This document shows, one piece after another, positions 58,722 to 64,000 of a DNA stretch of 64,000 nt (within the stretch, counting starts at the first letter, position 1; each line of letters starts with the position of its first letter). This DNA comes from a virus (taxonomy: Duplodnaviria; Heunggongvirae; Uroviricota; Caudoviricetes). The notes beneath the pieces are model-generated. The model searched no databases. It saw only the letters and a list, made by a program, of their open reading frames with translations, and was not told the DNA's origin. The stretch lies in the IMG/VR virus record IMGVR_UViG_3300033463_000022, positions 22,542-86,541 of that record, one strand, 5' to 3'. A program made the translations under genes and the position numbers.

Positions 58722-61700
58722 ATGTATTTTGATAACCACTCGCATACTTGTTTCTCGAACGTGCGTTTGCTCGACAGCATCAACAATTATGATTCTCTAA
58801 TTAACAAGGCTTTAGAATATGGTCTTAGTGGCATTGCCATTACCGACCATGAAATTCTCTCTAGCCATATGAAAGTAAATAAGCTTGCAAAGAAGCTCCA
58901 TGAGACTAATCCCGATTTTAAGGTCGTCTTGGGGAATGAGATCTATCTTACTGATACACGTGATATGGGTCAGAAATACTATCACTTCATTCTCCTTGCC
59001 AAGGATCTCGTCGGCTATCGTGCGCTCAAGGAGCTTTCTTCTATAGCATGGATGAATAGTTACTATGATCGTCGTCTGGAACGAGTTCCTACACTTAAGA
59101 GCGAACTTGCAGAAGTGATGAAGAAATATAAGGGACATATAGTAGGGACTACTGCCTGTATTGGCGGAGAACTGGGTAGTTCAATCCTTGCTCTTACAGC
59201 TTGCGAAGAAGTTGATGATAATGTAAATGCTCAACGCTATCACAATCAGATTGTTAGCTTTCTTGAATTCTGCATTGACACCTTCGGTAAGCAAGACTTC
59301 TATCTCGAAGTAGCGCCGGCCGCAAGCCCAGAGCAAATTACTGTCAACCAACGCATTCTTTCTATTGCTAAAGCATTTGACCTCAGTCTCTGTATTGGTA
59401 ACGATGCTCACTATCTTACTAAAGAGGATCGCTATATCCATAAAGCCTACCTTAATTCCAAAGGTGGCGAGCGAGAAGTTGATGACTTCTATGAATATTG
59501 CTATCTTAAAACCGAAGAAGAAGTTAAAGACCTTCTTCGTGAAAGTTTTGATGCAACTACAGTAAACTCCATTATTGATTCTTCTAATGAACTAGCTAGT
59601 AAATTTGAGTTTTATAGTCTAGAACACAATCAAAGCGTTCCAGAAGTAGAAGTTAAAGATTATCCTAAGTCTGCTTGGTGGGGAGTAAACAATCCTCTCG
59701 CTGACGATTTTAATCCCGGCGGTCGTTATGAAGAACTAGGTAGATTATTCACTTCTGACAATATCCAAGAGCGTTATTGGGTAAATGAATGCTGGAACGC
59801 CCTTAATGAAAAGATCGGTTATTGGGGCGAGCATGAAGATTATGTAGCAAGATTAAATGAAGAAGCGAGAGTAAAGAGAGTAGTTGGCGAGAAACTCAAT
59901 ACCTGTATGTTCGCCTATCCTAATACTCTAAAGCACTATATCGACCTCTTCTGGGAGTGCGGTTCTACTGTTGGAGCAGGTCGTGGTTCTTCGTGCGCAG
60001 CGCTCAACCACTATCTCCTTGGTATTACCCAACTCGATCCTATCAAATGGGAGCTTCCTTTCTGGCGTTATATGAATGATGACCGTGTTGAGCTAGGCGA
60101 TATTGACCTTGACCTTGCACCTTCTAAAATTCAAACAATTTTTTCTGCGATTAGAGAAGAAAGGGGAGAGCTTGGTCTTGTCCAGGTCTCGACATTTGGT
60201 ACCGAAGGAACTAAGTCTGCAATCCTTACAGCTTGCAGAGGATATAGATCGGAAAGTTTTCCAGAAGGCATTGATACTGATGAAGCCCAGTATCTTAGCT
60301 CACTTATACCGTCAGAACGCGGCTTCCTATGGCCTATCGAAGATGTGGTTAATGGAAATGCAGAGAAAGGCAGAAAGCCAGTCCAACCTTTCATCGCCGC
60401 AGTTAACCAGTATCCAGGACTCTTGGAGATCATTACTCGTATCCAAGGGTTGGTTAACAAAAGATCCAGCCATGCTTCCGGCGTCATCTTATTTAATGAA
60501 GACACTATCTTTGACTCTGCGGCGGTTATGCGAACCCCAAAAGGAGCATTGATTACCCAGTGGGATCTGCATGACCAAGAGGCAGCAGGAAGTGTCAAAT
60601 ATGACTTTCTTTTAACAAGCGTACAAGATATTATTATCAAGACTATCGAACTCTTGCAAGAAGATGGCGTAATTGAAAAAGATATGTCGCTTCGAGAGAT
60701 TTATAATAAATATCTGCATCCTGCTGTTCTTCCGCAAGACGATGAAAAGATGTGGGACGCATTAGCAAACGGCGATGTACTGGGTTGCTTCCAATTTGAT
60801 AGTGCTGTTGGCAGTCGAGCCGCAAAGATGATTAAACCTAAGAATCCAAGAGAAATGGCAGATGCCAATGGATTAATGAGACTAATGACTTCTGAAAAAG
60901 GGCAAGAAACTCCTATGGAGAAGTATGTCCGATTTAAGAATAATATATCTCTTTGGTATAAAGAAATGGACGCTTATGGATTAACAAAAGAAGAGCAAGA
61001 AGCGTTTAAGCCGCATTTTCTTTCTTCTTACGGTGTTCCGCCATCTCAAGAGCAGATGATGACGATGCTACAAGATAAAAAGCTTTGTGGTTTCAGCTTG
61101 AAAGAAGCCAACGACGCACGAAAGATTGTTGGTAAGAAGCAGATGAATCGTATTCCTGAGCTGAAACAAAAGGTGATGGATAGCGCAACGTCTGCGGCGG
61201 TTGGTAGATATATCTGGAATTGTGGCATCGGCCCGCAAATGGGATATTCATTTAGTATCATTCACGCGCTTGCTTATTCATTTATCGGAATGCAAACCCT
61301 TTATCTAGCTACCCATTTCAACCCTATCTATTGGAACACTGCATACTTAATCGTCAATTCTGGTTCTATTGATGAAGATGCGGCAGAGCAGACTGACTAT
61401 ACTAAAGTCGCCAGAGCATTGGGAGAAATTATGAACGCGGGAATTAAAATCTCATTGGCGGATATCAATAAATCAGTCTTTGGCTTCTCTCCCGATGCAG
61501 ATAATAACCAAATTCTATTTGGATTAAAAGGGCTTGTTAACGTTAATAACGATCTCGTTAAAACAATTATCGACAATCGCCCCTACACCTCTATGTATGA
61601 CTTCATGGCTCGCGTTAATCCTAACAAGCAAGCGATGATTGCCTTGATTAAAGGTGGTGCTTTTGACCAGTTCTACCCTACGCGCTATCAGGCTATGGTA

Positions 61701-62618
61701 GAATATATTTGGACGACCTGCGATAAGAAAAAGCGATTGACTTTGCAAAATATGCCAGGTCTAATTCGCGCAGGACTTTTGCCAAACAATACAGAAAAGC
61801 AAAAACTTGCAAGACGCTTCTATGAGTTTAATAGATACCTTAAGGCGGAATGCAAGACGGACGGTGGATATTGGGCAGATGAAAGAGCTATTGATTTCTT
61901 AAATGAATTAGATTATGGTGGTTTAATTCAAAATAAATTTGGTCGTCCCTTTATTGATGCAAAAAACTGGGATAAGGAGTATCAAGGGTGGATGGATGTA
62001 TTCCGCGATTGGATTAAAGCAGATCCACAAGGAATACTTGATAAATTGAATACCAAGATTTTTATGGCAGACTGGGAGAAGTATGGTAAAGGCAGCTTGT
62101 CCTCTTGGGAAATGGAAGCGTTATGCTTCTACTACCATGACCATGAGCTGAAGAATGTCAACAAAAGTAAGTACGGAATTGTAGATTATAGCAGCTTGCC
62201 AGAAGAGCCAGAAGTTGAAAAATTCTTCAAACGTGGCAACGCGCAAATTCCCATTTATAAGCTGCATGTTATCTGCGGCACGTGCTTAGCGAAAGACAAA
62301 ACCAAGCACGTAGTATATTTACTCACCCCAAATGGAGTCGCAACAGTTAAGTTCCGTGGAGAACATTTTGCGGCGTTCGATAAGCAGGTATCTCAAAGAA
62401 ACCCCGATGGTACGAAAACTATCATTGAGCGTAGTTGGTTTAACCGAGGCAATATGCTAATGGTCCAAGGCATCAGACGCGGCGATGAATTCGTAGCGAA
62501 GAAGTACAGTACGAGTAATCTCCATCAATTGTATCATATTGATGGTATTAAAGAGAATGGTGACCTTGTTTTGAGAAGTGAAAGATATGACGGTGAGCAA
62601 GAGGAGGAAGACTCTTGA
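58722..62618 (+). CDS. dnaE: DNA polymerase III alpha subunit (DnaE-type, N-terminal PHP domain), 1298 aa, TAG-free
   Basis: PHP motif FDNHSHTCFS...AITDHE, palm, fingers and C-terminal OB region. Confidence 0.9.
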   Translation: MYFDNHSHTCFSNVRLLDSINNYDSLINKALEYGLSGIAITDHEILSSHMKVNKLAKKLHETNPDFKVVLGNEIYLTDTRDMGQKYYHFILLAKDLVGYRALKELSSIAWMNSYYDRRLERVPTLKSELAEVMKKYKGHIVGTTACIGGELGSSILALTACEEVDDNVNAQRYHNQIVSFLEFCIDTFGKQDFYLEVAPAASPEQITVNQRILSIAKAFDLSLCIGNDAHYLTKEDRYIHKAYLNSKGGEREVDDFYEYCYLKTEEEVKDLLRESFDATTVNSIIDSSNELASKFEFYSLEHNQSVPEVEVKDYPKSAWWGVNNPLADDFNPGGRYEELGRLFTSDNIQERYWVNECWNALNEKIGYWGEHEDYVARLNEEARVKRVVGEKLNTCMFAYPNTLKHYIDLFWECGSTVGAGRGSSCAALNHYLLGITQLDPIKWELPFWRYMNDDRVELGDIDLDLAPSKIQTIFSAIREERGELGLVQVSTFGTEGTKSAILTACRGYRSESFPEGIDTDEAQYLSSLIPSERGFLWPIEDVVNGNAEKGRKPVQPFIAAVNQYPGLLEIITRIQGLVNKRSSHASGVILFNEDTIFDSAAVMRTPKGALITQWDLHDQEAAGSVKYDFLLTSVQDIIIKTIELLQEDGVIEKDMSLREIYNKYLHPAVLPQDDEKMWDALANGDVLGCFQFDSAVGSRAAKMIKPKNPREMADANGLMRLMTSEKGQETPMEKYVRFKNNISLWYKEMDAYGLTKEEQEAFKPHFLSSYGVPPSQEQMMTMLQDKKLCGFSLKEANDARKIVGKKQMNRIPELKQKVMDSATSAAVGRYIWNCGIGPQMGYSFSIIHALAYSFIGMQTLYLATHFNPIYWNTAYLIVNSGSIDEDAAEQTDYTKVARALGEIMNAGIKISLADINKSVFGFSPDADNNQILFGLKGLVNVNNDLVKTIIDNRPYTSMYDFMARVNPNKQAMIALIKGGAFDQFYPTRYQAMVEYIWTTCDKKKRLTLQNMPGLIRAGLLPNNTEKQKLARRFYEFNRYLKAECKTDGGYWADERAIDFLNELDYGGLIQNKFGRPFIDAKNWDKEYQGWMDVFRDWIKADPQGILDKLNTKIFMADWEKYGKGSLSSWEMEALCFYYHDHELKNVNKSKYGIVDYSSLPEEPEVEKFFKRGNAQIPIYKLHVICGTCLAKDKTKHVVYLLTPNGVATVKFRGEHFAAFDKQVSQRNPDGTKTIIERSWFNRGNMLMVQGIRRGDEFVAKKYSTSNLHQLYHIDGIKENGDLVLRSERYDGEQEEEDS

Positions 62619-63052
62619 GAATAGCTGAGCTCGTTAAACAATATAATTATAAGCCGTTGCCTGCGGAGTTATCCGCAGCGCAACGCGCTCAATATCTTAA
62701 AGAACTTCCTTCCAATTTACAGGTTGATGGTGATCAAAACTGTGAATTATATTCAAGAGGTCTAAAGATTAGTAATGGTTATCGTCGTATCGTGATAGGT
62801 GATTATGGAGCCTATATTGAAATTGCGCCTTCGCAAATGGAGATAGAAAATCTTGAAGTAACACCTGGAATGGAATATAGATTAAATAAAAATTATATCT
62901 CTGTTAAATATATTTGGTTATGTCCAAAAGGTCAACCAGATGTCAAGATTTATTTCCAACAGCACCCTGTCTCTTATGCCGACTACCAGCCGATGATGTT
63001 TTACATATCGCCCTTTGAAGTAGCAATAAAACAAAAGGAGAAAGAAGAATGA
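62615..63052 (+). CDS. hypothetical protein (145 aa)
   Basis: Translationally coupled to dnaE. Confidence 0.4.
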   Translation: MRIAELVKQYNYKPLPAELSAAQRAQYLKELPSNLQVDGDQNCELYSRGLKISNGYRRIVIGDYGAYIEIAPSQMEIENLEVTPGMEYRLNKNYISVKYIWLCPKGQPDVKIYFQQHPVSYADYQPMMFYISPFEVAIKQKEKEE

Positions 63053-63240
63053 TTAAAGAAGAACAAGTGCCAATTCAGTGGCGGAAAGAAAGCGTTCTTT
63101 ATTGTGATAACTGCGGTGAAGTTATGAGACTTGACCACGAACGTACTTCTCTTTATGATACAAGCTGGTACTATGAGTGCCCTAAATGTGATTTGCGTTT
63201 GATATCACCCAGAAGATTGGACGGTGTATTAAGTGTATAA
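63049..63240 (+). CDS. Zn-ribbon hypothetical protein (63 aa)
   Basis: CDNCG...CPKCD. Confidence 0.4.
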   Translation: MIKEEQVPIQWRKESVLYCDNCGEVMRLDHERTSLYDTSWYYECPKCDLRLISPRRLDGVLSV

Positions 63241-63805
63241 TATTATAGCAATAGCAGGAAAAGCAGGTAGCGGCAAAGATACTATTATGCAAAGGGTACT
63301 TGCGGCCGCCCCCGATCGGTTCCACGAGATTGTAAGTGCGACGACCCGCCCTCCTCGTGAGGGCGAGGTCGATGGTAAGAACTATCACTTCATGGATTAT
63401 GAAGATTTCAGAAAGATGGCCGACGAAGGTGACATGCTTGAGTTCACTTCATTTAATGGTTGGTATTATGGTACTCCAATTTCCTCTCTCGCCCCTCACA
63501 AAATCAATATCGGCGTTTTCAATCCCGCCGGTCTGCGCTCATTGTTACGATCGCCGCAAGTTTGTCTATTTATTATCTATGTTGATACTCTTGATAAGAT
63601 ACGATTAATAAGACAATTAAATCGAGAGGAAAAACCAAATGTACATGAAATCATCCGCCGTTTCTCCACCGATGAAAAAGATTTTCAAGATTTTATATCT
63701 GATTTCAAGCCCTATATTGTGTTGAATAACAATACCTCTGATCTTGATTTTGCGGTACGAAGCATTACCACCATGATGGCAGATGAAACCTTTGGGCAAA
63801 ATTGA
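63233..63805 (+). CDS. deoxynucleoside monophosphate kinase (T4 gp1-like)
   Basis: P-loop IAGKAGSGKDT as in T4 dNMP kinase SGKDT. Confidence 0.6.
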   Translation: MYNIIAIAGKAGSGKDTIMQRVLAAAPDRFHEIVSATTRPPREGEVDGKNYHFMDYEDFRKMADEGDMLEFTSFNGWYYGTPISSLAPHKINIGVFNPAGLRSLLRSPQVCLFIIYVDTLDKIRLIRQLNREEKPNVHEIIRRFSTDEKDFQDFISDFKPYIVLNNNTSDLDFAVRSITTMMADETFGQN

Positions 63806-63874
63806 TTACAAGATAATGGATAGATTTTAAATATAGTATATACAAAATACAATATCTTGTATAGGAGGGTAAAA

Positions 63875-64000
63875 ATGCTTTAGGTAACAAAGCGAAATGG
63901 TATTAAAGTACCTTTTGATAAACAACGTATTATCGCTGCTGTAAACTCTGCCTTTCTAAGTGTTGATGGCAAGCTCTACGAAACAGATACTGCAAGCGAT
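63875..64000 (+). CDS. ribonucleotide reductase N-terminus (ATP-cone), partial, TAG at codon 3
   Basis: ML-Q-VTKRNGIKVPFDKQRIIAAVNSAF matches the ATP-cone consensus V.KR.G..E.F...KI..A; runs off the window. Confidence 0.5.

Noticed and set aside
1-64000. Alternative that this is a bacterial or CPR chromosome segment rather than a phage
   Set aside because: The gene set fits a large virulent phage and not a cellular genome: T4-type split topo II, Dda, T4-type dNMP kinase, Pnk and Rnl2, multiple tail fibres with phage fibre motifs, homing-endonuclease load, tRNA arrays, unidirectional dense packing, and promoter/terminator punctuation.

Overview
This window is a unidirectional segment of a large AT-rich tailed-phage genome; every gene I can support is on the + strand. 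It carries a DNA-replication module (DnaE-type PolIII alpha, DnaB helicase, DnaG primase, topo II large and medium subunits, ATP-dependent DNA ligase, Dda-like helicase, RecJ-like nuclease, UDG, dNMP kinase, ThyX-like) and a tail-fibre cluster (four fibre proteins plus a GT2 glycosyltransferase). There are at least six GIY-YIG/HNH homing endonucleases, a flagellin (FliC) and a FliD-like cap homologue, and several host-like accessory genes (NCS2 nucleobase permease, SPFH protein, PhoH/PIN ATPase). There are also two dense tRNA arrays (about 18 tRNAs), interleaved with unusual tRNA-like structured RNAs. Three points stand out. (1) TAG (amber) is read as sense, most likely Gln, throughout: about 90 in-frame TAGs across about 20 genes have conserved residues on both sides, while TAA and TGA terminate. 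A candidate suppressor tRNA with anticodon CUA and Gln identity elements lies at 17685..17758. (2) A GC-rich TROVE/vWA (Ro60/Rsr-like) gene sits next to a tRNA cluster and a circularly permuted, Y-RNA-like tRNA mimic. An Rnl2-type RNA ligase with a tRNA-binding domain, a T4-Pnk-like kinase and two metallophosphoesterases are nearby, consistent with a Ro60/Y-RNA plus tRNA heal-and-seal repair module. (3) Replication genes contain no TAG at all, whereas structural, endonuclease and accessory genes do, the pattern expected for a temporal code-switch. About 15 sigma70-consensus promoters (TTGACA-N17-TATAAT plus a conserved ATATTTATAGAAAG start region) and many intrinsic terminators punctuate the segment. 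All coordinates and calls are from manual reading of the sequence; no tools or database searches were run.
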